This document shows positions 37,650 through 50,061 of a DNA stretch of 64,000 nt, piece by piece. Position 1 is the first letter of the stretch; each line of letters starts with the position of its first letter. The notes beneath the pieces were generated by a model that saw nothing but the letters and a program-made list of their open reading frames with translations, made no database searches and was not told the DNA's origin. Origin of the DNA: Lepidodermella squamata (Eukaryota > Animalia > Gastrotricha); assembly GCA_047495785.1 (NCBI GenBank), contig JBLDXI010000013.1, positions 1,612,001-1,676,000 on the forward strand, given 5' to 3'. A program made the position numbers and the translations under genes.

Positions 37650-40469
37650 AATGTTGTGATAAAACTAACAAAGTTCTAGATCGAAAAAAAACAGAAAATG
37701 TTAATTAAAATGATTTGACGCAGCAACTTGATATGCCACCAGACCGCGAAAGATAGAGGTACCTATACATAATTTTAAAGCGAGATGTCAACGCAAAGTT
37801 CACATCTAACAGTTTCGCTAAAACGTCCTTTGTTATTGGGTTGTTGGAGATTAGGTAGGCACTAACAATTCAGAAGAATGGCACCGATCCAATTGTGCGA
37901 AGTTGTGGGCTATTTATATTAACAGTATCATAAAACATGCATGACGAGGCCGTAAGCGCGCAGCAATAGGGAACGGCACACGCGGTGCCGTTGTTTGGGC
38001 TCTTGCGATGGCTCTTGTTAGAACAGGCCTGTTTACATTAACAATGAATATCCGTATCCCATACATTACTTGTCGTCCTCATCATCAACAGCGTTATCTG
38101 AGGATACCCAGAAGCTTCCTTAACAGCCGAGCAAACAGGCCGCAGCTATGTATACAGCGCAGGTCTAAGGCCTTGTTGCCGCCGCCGCCGCCGCCTAGAG
38201 ACAATGCCGGCAGTATAGGCAGGCTTCGGCTAATTTGCTCAGAAGAATGACGGCCAATGAAGAAATTTCAAGCGACAGTAAACAGGAAAGACACGAGGGA
38301 AAGATCATGCGTGAAAGTACTGGAAATGCACAGCAGCAATAAAACACGGAGCACCGATGACCGCTATTCGTATTCACCTTAACTATGCTTGACGTGGTCC
38401 GCGAGGGGTCAAGTTCGCGGTGACAATAATATTAGTCATTACAATAATAATAACAGCAATAACAAAACGCCGAAATTTGGAGGTTGCGACGACACATCTA
38501 TATCAATAGTAGCACATGAATTCGGCTACTATCTCCGCGATGGGATATATGGGCTATTTCTAGGTACAGCTCGACTAATAATACTACCGGCAGCACGATG
38601 TTTAACAAGAAGTGGAAAGCAGAAATGAGCGGCAGTATGTGTACGTCACGCTGAAGCAACGCGACGTACAATGATAATACGCATAGAAGAGACACAAAAG
38701 ACGGGTTGCGAATGTAATGATGTTTCTGCTCTTCGTCGTTCCAGCGAGTAGCAAAGCACAGAAATAATAATAACACGCGATAATACAATAAAGTCTCAAT
38801 ATTTTCAACAATATTAATATGCTGAAGCGTGAATGAACGGATATTGTCGCGCGCGTACACATGACCACCACTACCGCCACCTTCACAGCAGCGCTAAACG
38901 TTATACCTTCACATGCACAAATACAGACATTTACAATCAACAGCAGAGAAGCGTAGCCTTGCAATATAATGTTCGTACTAATAATAACAAAACATCTCCT
39001 AAATTGTAAGCATAAGCCAAAATACACACAAGTTTACACATAGCTAAACACACATTCAAGAATTATTCTTTGAACGCTGGCTCATGTAACCCTATGCAAC
39101 CATCACACACACAAAAATGCTTCGAGAAAGCGAGGAATAGAAGAAAACACTCATAGCAGCAACAGTGACGCTTTTAATCACATTTCTCACTGGAGCCAAG
39201 CGGGTAAAAACTACACACGAAACTTCGATGAAACAGCCAGAAAAACACACGGGGCGCAGTTTATTGTTTTACTCACACGTATATCAGATAGCGGCGAGCT
39301 AAGCTATAAAGTTGAAGGCTAAAGACCTGGCCGGCTGAAAAGTTCAAGATAGGCCATCAAGTTGAACTAAAAAACCATCGGATCATTATTTCCATGAATA
39401 CAGCAACTAACATATCTAGCGCACTAATTGCCAATTAGGCAATGGTAGAAATTTTGGGGCAACAGATGGTTGCGCACTACAGAACTGAGTATTTTCTGTG
39501 GTGGGGTTCAAAACGGAAATAAATGCCAACTGTTGTAAGTCTAATGACAGTTATTCATACGCAGTAAAAATTGTACTTTTTCATCCAGACATAAACATAC
39601 AAAGCACGTAATTTGTTACCTGTTATCATGGCTTAAATTTACTACCTTTTAAAATCCAGCACAATATTACAGCAATATGATCATTTTTCAAGAAGGATAT
39701 ATACTTACTACACGAGTGTAGAATCTGACCTCCCGGCAGCAAGGCTGAAATTCACCGTAGTCCTATTAGATATAAATTTCACCAAATTATACTAGAAATC
39801 AGCCGCGAAGCGAGCTTTAGCTGACGGCTTGTTACCATTTTCGTTTTGGGAAACAGTCTAAAAATGCCTTAAATTCCCGGCTGACCCTAAATTTCCCGGC
39901 AGCATCGCCAGATCTGCAGATTATACTGACTAATTTCCAACATACGTCCAATATGGCTAGTATTTGTGAAATACAAATGCTGATGGGGAAGTTTGCATGC
40001 ATCAGGCAGGTCACTATTATCGTCGAAAAGTGATGCCCAGAAAATCCAAGCCTTCAGCACTATCATTCATTTACGCAATTACATTTTACTTGATCATCTT
40101 GGAACCAATCATGGAGGCAATGAGCAATGTGTTCAAAGATCTGCAAGTATTTATCCGCAATATTTATGATAATTGAATTTTTTCATGTCAAGGTCCAGCG
40201 AGGTGAAATCGCTGCAAGAGGTGACGTCAAAAAGGTTAAGTTTGTCAAACCTAACCTTGGACATGATCCGCTAGGAGGATCGTCTCCGCAAGCTAGTTAC
40301 AAAGTTGGAGCCGAACCAAAATGCTAACCACTCAAAGTGGGATGACTATATGATGATGATGATTGGGGCAATTAGTTTCCCGATTTCATGACACTATTTT
40401 AAATAATTGTAAATTGCCATTTTGATTGTATTTATTGTAAATAAATTGCAAATATTAATTGTGACTTAT

Positions 40470-40700
40470 TTTCCCCAGAACGGAGGGTTAAAACTTTCAA
40501 ACTTCCCCACCAGACAGGGGCGCTTTTTCCCATCTTAGACATTGCGGGGTAATTCAAATGTTTAAACTTACCCCCACCAGACACGGCGGGGCATCTTTCC
40601 TCCACCAGACATTGGTGGGGCGATTCAAATGTTTAAACTACCCCATCAGACATCACGGGGCATCTTTTCCCCTCCAGACATTCTGAGGGCAATTCAAATT
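40470..40700. repeat. Degenerate minisatellite: ~3 x ~70 bp units, each with two CCCC-ACCAGACA-n-GGGG sub-units
   Basis: The (C)CAGACA core recurs six times (one copy degenerate) between C and G runs, and ATTCAAAT(GTTTAAACT) recurs three times. Confidence 0.75.
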
Positions 40701-41929
40701 TCCCCATAACGGTCTTTGGTCACCTGACCACTCCCCCCTCTCAACTACTACCGAGGTCAAGTCAAGTCATATAAAAATATTAACTGAAAAAACAACAGCA
40801 CAAATTGGCGCAAAAACAGCTGGAAATCCTCATCAGATGTGCTACGCGAAAATTCGCTGTTATGTCGCAGTTTTCGCTTTTTGATGTTATGGCTGTCTGC
40901 CCATAACTTAAATATTTATTAGATCACAACACTCAACATTTGAAACTAAAATTACCCAATCCATTAATAATGGCCTTCACTCTATTCCAAGAGTAACGTC
41001 CTCTGAGCTCTTATAGTAGCTTCTCTCCCAGCAAAACTGCTTTACTATTAGAGGAGCTGCTTAAGACAACATACCTACAGTAGCCTCCTCTACGAGTAGC
41101 TTCAAAATCAGGAAATAAGAATCGATATAAAGGCACCTTGAAAAAGCTCGTGTGAACTGTGACCTTGCCGAAATTGATCATCAAAAGGGAACAGCCTTTA
41201 GCAGTATAACTGGTGTTTTTTACAGCTGCAGCTATTAAATTACTCTTATTGATGACTCGTGGCTGCCCGGCTCGATTAACTTTGTCGACGTCATGATCCC
41301 ATTACCCATTACACATTAAAGGAAGTGAAAAAGGCTGCTAGAATAAAAGAAGACGGTGAACGTTCACGGTTCCGAGCTCCTCTAGCAAGCATCATTTTCT
41401 ACGAGCACTTCGGTGAAAGTTGCATGTCCACCATCTGATAATTTTGCAAACTTCTTTGTAATTAGTTATTAGCCCAGGGCCCAGGAATAAGATTTGACAA
41501 GATACACGATACAAATAAACCGATTCGGAGATCGGAGAAAAGCTATCACAACAGAGATGTTCAACGTTCAACGCGCACATTTGAACTAGAAAGATGAGAC
41601 ACGAGACACTATACTTAACAAACATTTTCGCAGTCTGTAGACACCGTTAAAGACTTCTCTCGAGTCACTTGGAGGCAGCTTGAGACACCTTGGCACGCGT
41701 TCTCGGCGTTTTCCTGGCGCCAAATTGAAATATTGACCGTGACGAAGTAAAATATTTAATAAAAAATTTATTAACAAAATATTTATTCTATCAAGATTTT
41801 AATTGAAAAATTGTAAAATGATTATTTTGTTAGCCGCATAAATATCCGAAAGAAAACATGTTTCGGTTTGCGCCTCGCGCAATCACACCGCAGGTTTTGT
41901 AGATCAGTGAACGACGTGCGCTCTCGATC

Positions 41930-42050
41930 TGCTAGATTACGTATATATTCTTGCATGTAATGATAGACAATACACTTCAATTAAGGGAAAATTGAGGTCG
42001 ACACCGGCCGACGAGCAGCATTGATTTCCGCGGTATCAATCGTTCACAGC
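41930..42050 (-). mobile_element. Possible decayed Mutator/MULE-type transposase fragment
   Basis: One frame reads DTAEINAA...IFP*LKCIVYHYMQEYIRNL, resembling the MULE D..A..NA...FP...C.FH..Q pattern. It is interrupted by stops and no TIRs were identified. Confidence 0.25.
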
Positions 42051-43222
42051 TTTTTTTCGCGAGTTTCGCTTTTTACGTTAGCGATTATAATCTAGCACAT
42101 ACATACCATTTGATAACAAAATCATCGGGTGTTCAAAGGTCAGTAATGATTTGATAAATTTTGTGAACGATTTTATGATGTCTCCTTGAAAACGGCTGTT
42201 TTTAAATAATATGCTGTTCAGACATTTCAGGCAAGAAGAGGACGCCCTCGGAATATTAGACATTTTTCGGAATTCATCTTTTCGTGAAACGGATCTCTCA
42301 AATTGTAAATTCTGCCTACGTATAAAAGTGTTTCAATGTGATGTCAATGGGGTTTATCTGATAGCTTGCGGCTCGCCTATAATGAAAGCCGGTTTTTCAC
42401 TTACCAAGTGAATCTTAGGCAACAATGCCTGCGGTAATCAGCTACCGCAACCTCAGCACCAATAATAATTATTCCATGGCCATCAGCAACAGCCGAGAAG
42501 GCTTAAATTACTAAGTGTCTGAGTTAAGTTACGGACGAACGAAACGAAAAGCTATTTATTCTGTCCTTTCTTCAAAATAGCTAACTACGACTAATGAAAA
42601 TATTCAGGTTGTAAGGGGGAGAAAAGCTTGGGCACGGTACGAAAAGGCGCTTGCCTGTGACAATGCGCTTATCATAAGCAGGTGTTAGCAGCGGCGGGGT
42701 TTTTTCATTCGCTCGCCAAAATGATTCCAAATTTCGACTGGGGTTCTAGCACTGCTACTTTGAGAGTGTGCCTAACCACATTAAATTTCAACCCACCAAA
42801 CCAGTTAGATTGCCATTGCAAGTTTTCTAGCAAGTATGGCTTTTCTTACAAATATTCCATTGCGACGTGAATTTTGCTGTTGCGCGGTATTGGCTCAAAA
42901 AACGATATCCATCATTGTGTACTGCACGCCGTGGGAGCATTAATAAGAAGTGACGAGGCGACAGCTAGCGATTTTAATCTTTTATGAAACGGCCTCGACG
43001 AATGTAAGAAAGGTTACTTGGTAAAAGATAAATATTGCGGAAATCAAAACAAATATTGCAGTGCATTACCCAACATTACCATGAAGTCGCCTATACACAT
43101 GTGAGCTGAAATTGTTCTTCTTTTAACAGCACCGCGTTGTATTTATTGAAAGCTGACCTGAAGTTAACCGAATTTGTACACTACTACGACTGCGACCGCG
43201 ATTTAAAGCGCTCGCCCGAGTA

Positions 43223-43731
43223 ATGGCAAATACAGCCACGAAAATCATACTAAATGCTGGCTTCATCGTTTTTATCGTTTTGTCGTTCGTACCGGAATCA
43301 GTTTACGGTATAAATTTAATAACGAAATATTAACTAAAATTTGTTGTAATGCCGTCTCATTCAGGAGAATATCGATACTGCTGGGTTTGCGATGAGAAGC
43401 CATGTTTTGTCAACGACACCAAAGACGTCGGATCAAAGCAACTTTGCCCTAGCGGTTACGACTTTTGCGCGGTATGAATTAATGCTAATATTTCCAGCCC
43501 AGCCGCTATGAATTTTGTTATCGATTTTAGAAATGGACGGTTTTCAATTTAGTTTATCGGAGCTGCGCCATTGACTGCAAAATAGGATCTGTAGGCATTG
43601 GCGACAATCAGATTAACTTTTGGTGTTGCATTTCTGACCTTTGCAACTCCGCTTCTCACACGGACATCTCTGCCGTTTTTACTGTAATCGCTTTATTATT
43701 TACATATTTGTTCTTCTCGATGAGATCCTGA
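43223..43731 (+). CDS. GPI-anchored Ly6/uPAR (three-finger) protein, 3 exons
   Basis: Not in ORF track. Spliced: signal peptide | EYRYCWVCDEKPC...LCPSGYDFCA | KWTV...RSCAIDC...WCCISDLCNSA, then a hydrophobic tail AVFTVIALLFTYLFF. Ten Cys and the CCxxDLCN signature. Confidence 0.9.
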
Positions 43732-44119
43732 TTCTTTGTTACGATTGCTGCCTCAGTTTTTTCATAAAATCTGCACTTTTCTATTCACTTCGATTGCGCA
43801 TTTTTCAAAACAGTAAAAATGATCTAGTCAAGTGATTGGTAACTAAAACCTATTTGTAAAGGAGAAAAGTTGATACTGATGGGTATCTAATGTTTCAGCT
43901 ATGGAAAAATGTTCGGTATAATACGAATTTTTTCAAGCATCTGAATCAACCGGAGGCTGACTGCTCGTGCGGTGCTGCTGCAATATTTTACCGCATCTCC
44001 ATTATAACTGCAAAAATAATGGGAAAATTCGTCCACAGCCACTTGATAATAATACAGAGAAGAGAAAGCCATTTCTTTCCCGTTGTCAACACGTCGTCTG
44101 CTTATACGAGGAATAGCCA

Positions 44120-44310
44120 CATCGCAAGGGATGTCGCGTATCCCATATACTTAAATGAGTCGAGTGTTGCCTATACAGAAATAACCAATTACATAGGGTG
44201 GACAAGACATCGTTCCGTGCTGCTTGGGCAAGTGTTTATTTACCGACGCCGTGTTTTACAAGTTTCTCATGCCGACACGCCACAAATATAGCAGCTAACT
44301 TGGGTTTGGC
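44120..44310 (-). pseudogene. Probable decayed Ly6-like paralog
   Basis: Minus frame reads QVSCYICGVSA*ETCKTRRR*INTCPSSTERCL, the CxxC..C..C..C pattern of exon 2 of the flanking Ly6 genes with two stops. After an AG it continues ATLDSFKYMGYAT. Confidence 0.4.
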
Positions 44311-45047
44311 CGGGCGCCCAAATGCGCGGATCGGCGGTATATTTTTCAGCTATTATCATAAGAACGGAACATTAATACAATATGCAGTGTACAGCGGAAA
44401 AACCGAATTGGTGGGAATACGAAAGACTCGCAGGTTGTTATGGCTACACATCATGTCATCAGTAATAGAGGCGTGGCGGCTCGTACTCAAAAGCGTCGCG
44501 ACCTGTGCGCAGCCGCCTATCGATTTATAATGCAAAACTAAGTTGTTACCGGCGTATCAACGTATGTTTCACAGACACCTGTAAGTGCGTTCATGTTGGT
44601 TATATAGTGTAACACGAGGCAAAAACGGCGATGCACGCATAAAGGCAGATTATCATTTTGTTATTGATATTTACCCCGACGTTGTTTTGGTATTCTAGCG
44701 AGAACCTAGGAAAGCGTCTGACCCTGAGAAGTTACGCGATGATTTCTGAGGTCAAACGCTACCGATGAAGCGCGGCATTATCGCCGCATTGTATCGTTTT
44801 CTTGCGGCAAAATGCATCAACCCACGGCTATAGACGGACGTGTCAAATTAGCTGAACTGTACCTTTTTTTATCATTTCACATTGGCCTAATTTGCGACAT
44901 GGGCCTACGCATCGGGAATTGGAATCCAAATCCTAACTAGTTAATTTACGAAAATATGTATAGAGACTTGTATTTTTCTTCATTCCTTTCAATTTAGACG
45001 CGTGTTAATGAAATAGATAGATACATTGACAATTATTAATAACGCAT

Positions 45048-45577
45048 ATGATGATACCTAATTTTCGGCTAGCGGTGCCGATGCCGTCGTTATCTCTACC
45101 AGCAATAAAAATTTGCTTCGCCATTCTAACTCTAATCACCATCAGTATTCCATCTGCGTCTTCGCGTGAGTATCAAGTATTTATAGTCTTTTCTCGTTTT
45201 TATACCTGAATATTTCAGTTGTTTGCTTTTACTGCTCTGAACATTACCTGACATGCGAAGTCTACCAGCGGTATCAAAATTGTCAAGCGAACGAAGACCG
45301 GTGCTACGTAAGTACAAATGATCAGCGACCGTGTCCCTCTTGGTATCACGATTGCGTTTTTTTATAGGTTTTCCGATCGTCGGACCAGGTCATGCAAGGT
45401 TGCGGCCAATCTTTTCTTTCATACTGCAACCAGCCTGGCGTATGCCACAGCGGTGATTTGAGCAACTGTTTCGGCAGGCAATGTCCCGTGCTTGCTGGAG
45501 GAAGCACTGTAAGGTCCGTCTTCCAATCTACTGTTCTACCAGCAATAACTTACTTGCTGTCGCGCTGCTTTGGTTAA
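45048..45577 (+). CDS. Divergent Ly6/three-finger-like secreted or GPI-anchored protein, 3 exons
   Basis: Signal peptide ...ICFAILTLITISIPSASS | LVCFYCSEHYLTC...QNCQANEDRCY | VFRSSDQVMQGCGQSFLSYC...VCHSGDLSNC. Same intron phases (1, 0) as the 43223 gene; 3' end uncertain. Confidence 0.72.
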
Positions 45578-47229
45578 CATTTTACAGGCTCTGTACGGGC
45601 CTCATAATATGTCTTCCGGATAAAAATTCGAAAAAGCCCATCGAAAATAGAGTAATTTTTTACGCATGTAAAATATTGAAAAATCATCATTTTGTGCCAA
45701 TAAATTCTTGGTCTTTTCTTTTCCCTAAATATAAAAAAGCAATCATACTGCCTAAAGCTGGTCAACCTATGATTACATTTTCTTGAACATTCCTTCAATC
45801 TTAATATTTCGCCTACTAGTAACGATTTTCTCTATTGTATTGAACAATGTTTTATTGTGTAAAAAAATGCCTGGTTTACGACGGAAATCCGAGAATGAGT
45901 GAATAAAAGTTTTTCTGAATGCCTTTTTATAACCAATTTTATCATTCAATCATTGCCTGATAATTTGTATCAACAGTGCTATTTTTTTCGAAGATATCAT
46001 GTTTGCTGAAATGTTTACAACAAATACGATACCTGGAAAACGTATAGTTTTGATATTAGGAAATACTGCTGTATAATGGAATAGGTTATATAGGAGAAGT
46101 GCGGTTATATCGCTATTTTGCGATTACAACAAAACACATTGTAAAAATCTGCTGTTCGTTTCCTGTTCTTTCGTCGGGACCAAAAAAATCCGCGGTGAAC
46201 CTTATTTGCACTCGGAACGAACTTCAGCGGTTGGTAGTGTGTAGCCGGTTTGTTCAGCTTTCTGATGATAACGCAGTAATAAAGTATATAAAAAACCAAA
46301 TATCATTTTACTGACATCAATGCCGATTTAATGATAGTCTCTCTGTTTTCATCCTTCAGCCTGTATAGCTCGGCTGAAATCGAGGAAAAAGTTATTCTCG
46401 TCAGCTTTTCAAGTTTTACATCTCAGGTTTCGCTGCAGTAAATGAAAAATTGATGGGCGCGAGACCGCTGGATTTTTCGTCATCGATGCGTAGGATTTTT
46501 AACGCAATGATATGTTGCTATGCGATAAGCACAGAGGACGCATTTTTTATTTTGCATCTATAAAACATTCAGTTTTTCCATCCAACACGTCATTAGAGTT
46601 GGTTTACAAAAAAATAAGACAAGCATCTTTTCAGGTAGCCCGTAATATGAATGTATTTTCTGATCCCACAGCTAGACCGACCTATCAAGTATTTTCGCCG
46701 CATTGGCAAAAAAGTTTTTTCATTTCATTATTTCAGCGGAAAATTTTGCGTCAGAATTTGCGTTTGAGCCCACTTGCCTGTCACTCACTTATTTCAGCTG
46801 TGCGATCACGCTGTGTATATGCTTTAAACAAAAAAACCTATCATCGCTGCACGCGGCGGTAAAAATTATACACGTGGGCACTTCGTCTCAAAATCGAGCG
46901 CGCACGCCCAGAGCCCTTCCCGGCGACTAACCAAAAGATGGCGGCTGATTTTTTGTGCGCGCGTTAACAAGAGGAGATTGATTTTTTTACCGGCTGGTGC
47001 GTGTGCTTTCCCTTTCATTTTTTTGCGCTCAATGTGTATGAGACGTGTCGTCATGGAGGGAGAGGGAGAGAGAGCGGCGAAAATTTAGAAAAAAACGAAG
47101 ACGAGGGGGCAGAGGGCGCGGCAGCGGAAAGCCGGCGTCTTATTTCGCTGCGTTTTTTTGCGCGCTATCGACCGGCTCGCGCAAAAACGATGAAGACTTA
47201 ACCCGCTTTCGCAGTATCTGATGGCTGTG

Positions 47230-47505
47230 ATGAATGATGATGATGATGATGTTGATGATGATGGCTTCACTAATGTTGAGAGAGCGCACGACAATTTTTT
47301 TATTTTTAATAGCAATAATAATAATGATAATGCTGTGCTTAGCGAGCAAGAGAAAAATCAGACATCGTGCGCCGTTCGGCTCTTCAAATGGCATTATATT
47401 AATGTGAATTATTACACGTTGCACAGCGCGGCGCGCGTCAAAGCTCTTCCCTTCTACAACATTAATAATATAAGACCGCGCACAGCCAGTCATTCGTTTT
47501 CGCCG

Positions 47506-47540
<35 letters not shown>

Positions 47541-48018
47541 TTTTTTATGTTCGCTCGTTTCATTTTTTCCGACACACACATGCACACGGAAAACCTACTA
47601 ATATATGTCATGTTGAAAAAAATAATACACATCAGCCTTATATTAGTAGCGGCGCGGCGGCTAAAAAAACCGGTGAATTCACATGAAAGTACATACAGCC
47701 GCCTGTAATAATATTATACAACCCGCGCGCGAGCGAGCGGCACGCATTAATATTGAGCCGTCTAGAAAAAAACGCCGGTGTATAAGCGCATATTATATGA
47801 TGTGATATAACTGAACGTTTTTTTCGCAAAAAACTCGTTCCTTCTGCTTCTCGCATATTACAATATTTTTTTATGTGCGCTTTTCGTATAATATACTGCC
47901 GTTTTTCTTGAAGGAAAAAACGCGATAAGAAGAAAGAAGAAGAAAAGCCGGAGATATCGCGCTAGCTTTCAGTTATTCTTGTATTTTTTCGCCTCGTTGC
48001 TGCTGCTGCTGCTGCTGC
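47230..48018. repeat. Microsatellites (GAT)n ~47230-47262, (CT)n ~47507-47536, (CTG)n ~47998-48018 in a non-coding block
   Basis: Directly visible simple repeats. Confidence 0.85.
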
Positions 48019-49090
48019 TATGGCCTCGCTTTGATCTACGTATTGTAGCCATTCGCGTTTTTATTATGTTATTATTGTTATTCCAGATTATTTTGGTTTT
48101 TATCTTTATTAATATATCGACGCCTGAGCAAGAACCCTTAACTAATACGTGTATTTTGTGCCCAGTGTTTTTTGTTCTCTCGTCGTGCTCGCCCTGCGGT
48201 GACTAATATTCCCTTATATAATGACAGAAAGGAAAAGTAGGCGGGGTTTGAGCTCTAATAACAAATTTTTTAGCTGCTTTATCTCCGTAACTGGCGGGGC
48301 AGTCCTACGTCGCCGGCTTTTCCTTATCTAACGCTAGACTTGATCCTTGCCCTGTACCTAATTTTTTCCGAAAAAAACCCGAAGTACTACCTACTCAATT
48401 TCGCAGCGAGGCGAGAAACTAACGGTTTGCTTACTCTGTTGTATTTATTTTGCAAGTCACTGTCACGTAGCTGTGTTGTAAATTTTTCATCAATCATCTG
48501 CCCGAGTAATAAACTCGACTCAGCCACACGCCTGACTTAGCGCTGATTGGATCATGCAAATCACCAACAGCTATCATAATTTTGCATCTGTGCGAGACGT
48601 GTGCCGTGTTGGTTGCATATTTTTCGTGTGTACCGGATAAAAACCGCCCAGTTGTTCGTGTCATAACGCCGTCTAGACGCGTGCGCCTGCCTGCTGCCTC
48701 AAAAAAGCAGCCGAGCCATAGCTGCTCGTAAACCAAGCGCGCCGATGAAGGCCCACGGGCCAGCCTCTGCTAGCACCGCAAATTCACCAGACGCGCGCGC
48801 AGTCTGCAGCGGAGATTAATTAGTATTGCTGCATTTTAAAAAAACAATAATCCAGTCTCGCAGGCCACTAGAAAAGGGCCCCGAATTCGCTGCTAAAACA
48901 AGCAGTTATTAGCAATGCAAAGAATTATTTCCACGCCTATTTCGCTTACTCTCAATCTCGCCTGCATAATTGCTACATGCAGATTGTGGTGATTGATAGG
49001 CAATGCTCTGGTGTGGGCAGTTTTTTCGCAGAAATAATTAGCTTACAATTTTCACGCGACGGAGAAGTGTCTATATAAATTTGCAGCGTT

Positions 49091-49199
49091 CGCTGTTTAC
49101 CCGTAAGACCGAACTTGTGTCTTAGCACCCTACCTAGTAGCGTTTTCAAATTCGCCGCGAATTAATCAGACACAAGTTTGCCTTAACGGGTTGTCGGCG
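49091..49199 (+). ncRNA. mir-100: miR-100/99/51-family microRNA precursor (mature 5p ~49098-49119), unusually long loop
   Basis: TACCCGTAAGACCGAACTTGTG versus canonical AACCCGTAGATCCGAACTTGTG (same seed ACCCGTA, same 3' half). Star arm CACAAGTTTGCCTTAACGGGT at 49171-49191; basal stem CGCTG/CGGCG. Confidence 0.85.
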
Positions 49200-49710
49200 C
49201 TCTGTATTACACACGAACAACTACGGTGCTTTTTTTTGTTTCAGTTTTATCATTTCATTTTTTTTGCTTTTAATTATCTGCATGACTGCTTCCTGCCTCT
49301 GCTTTTTCTATTTGCAACTAATAACCTACCGGCTTTTAATTCAATTTTGCGAATCTTGTTGCTTCGATTTTTGAGTTTCCTCATTTTTCTTATTATAATC
49401 ACAGCGTAGATTCGCGGGTCCTTTCGAACAGCAATTTTTCTTTCGTGTGTGGTGTTTTTGTGGCGGGCGTCTATAATAATGCGTGTGGCTGCAAGTCGCC
49501 GGTGTCCGCTAATTTCAACCGACTGGGGTCATGCACGGCTCGGCTCGAGGCGTAATAAAAAAAAACGCCCGGCTAGTTTTTCTAATGCCAAGCTCGTGTT
49601 CTTCATCACATCGCAACAAATTGCTTCAAACATGCCGGTTATTTGTCTAGTATTGCTTCTTATTTTGATTTCTTTTTCAGGAGTAAACGGCTTGAGAGCT
49701 TGGAAAAACC

Positions 49711-49778
49711 GGTTGTCTGAGGTAGATGTATCGATTAGCTGTTACTGGATTAGTTCTCGTCGTTGTTACCTCACAGCC
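49711..49778 (+). ncRNA. let-7-family microRNA precursor with diverged 3' half (mature 5p ~49718-49739)
   Basis: TGAGGTAGATGTATCGATTAGC carries the let-7 5' end and seed. It pairs with TTACCTCA (49766-49773), closed by GGTTG/CAGCC, and lies ~600 nt downstream of mir-100 on the same strand, the ancestral cluster order. Confidence 0.68.
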
Positions 49779-50061
49779 TTACCTCACATCTAGTTTCTTT
49801 TGTGAGAGGCCCACTCGATTTTTGAGTCGGCCTTATCATTCAGGCGATGAACGAAACGGAGCTGAGCGATGATCTACCTCTGACAGCCCACAATTCCTGC
49901 TCTCGCCTCTGCACTTTTTATATAATTGAATTTTACAGCAATTTTTATTTCCTTCCTCAGAACAGCGATAACGGTTTAATAAAAAAATTGCTTCAATCAA
50001 AATCAAGGCATCATGTTTATTAATTTTTGCATCCGACCTTTGCTTATCAGTTTTATTGTTT

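Noticed and set aside
40470-40700. CRISPR-like repeat/spacer appearance
   Set aside because: Eukaryotic context, degenerate repeats, spacers themselves repeated, no cas genes.
44713-44760. Hairpin containing ACCCTGAG (lin-4/miR-125 seed)
   Set aside because: A 22-mer starting at the seed would run through the loop, the rest does not resemble miR-125, and it is 4.4 kb upstream of mir-100.
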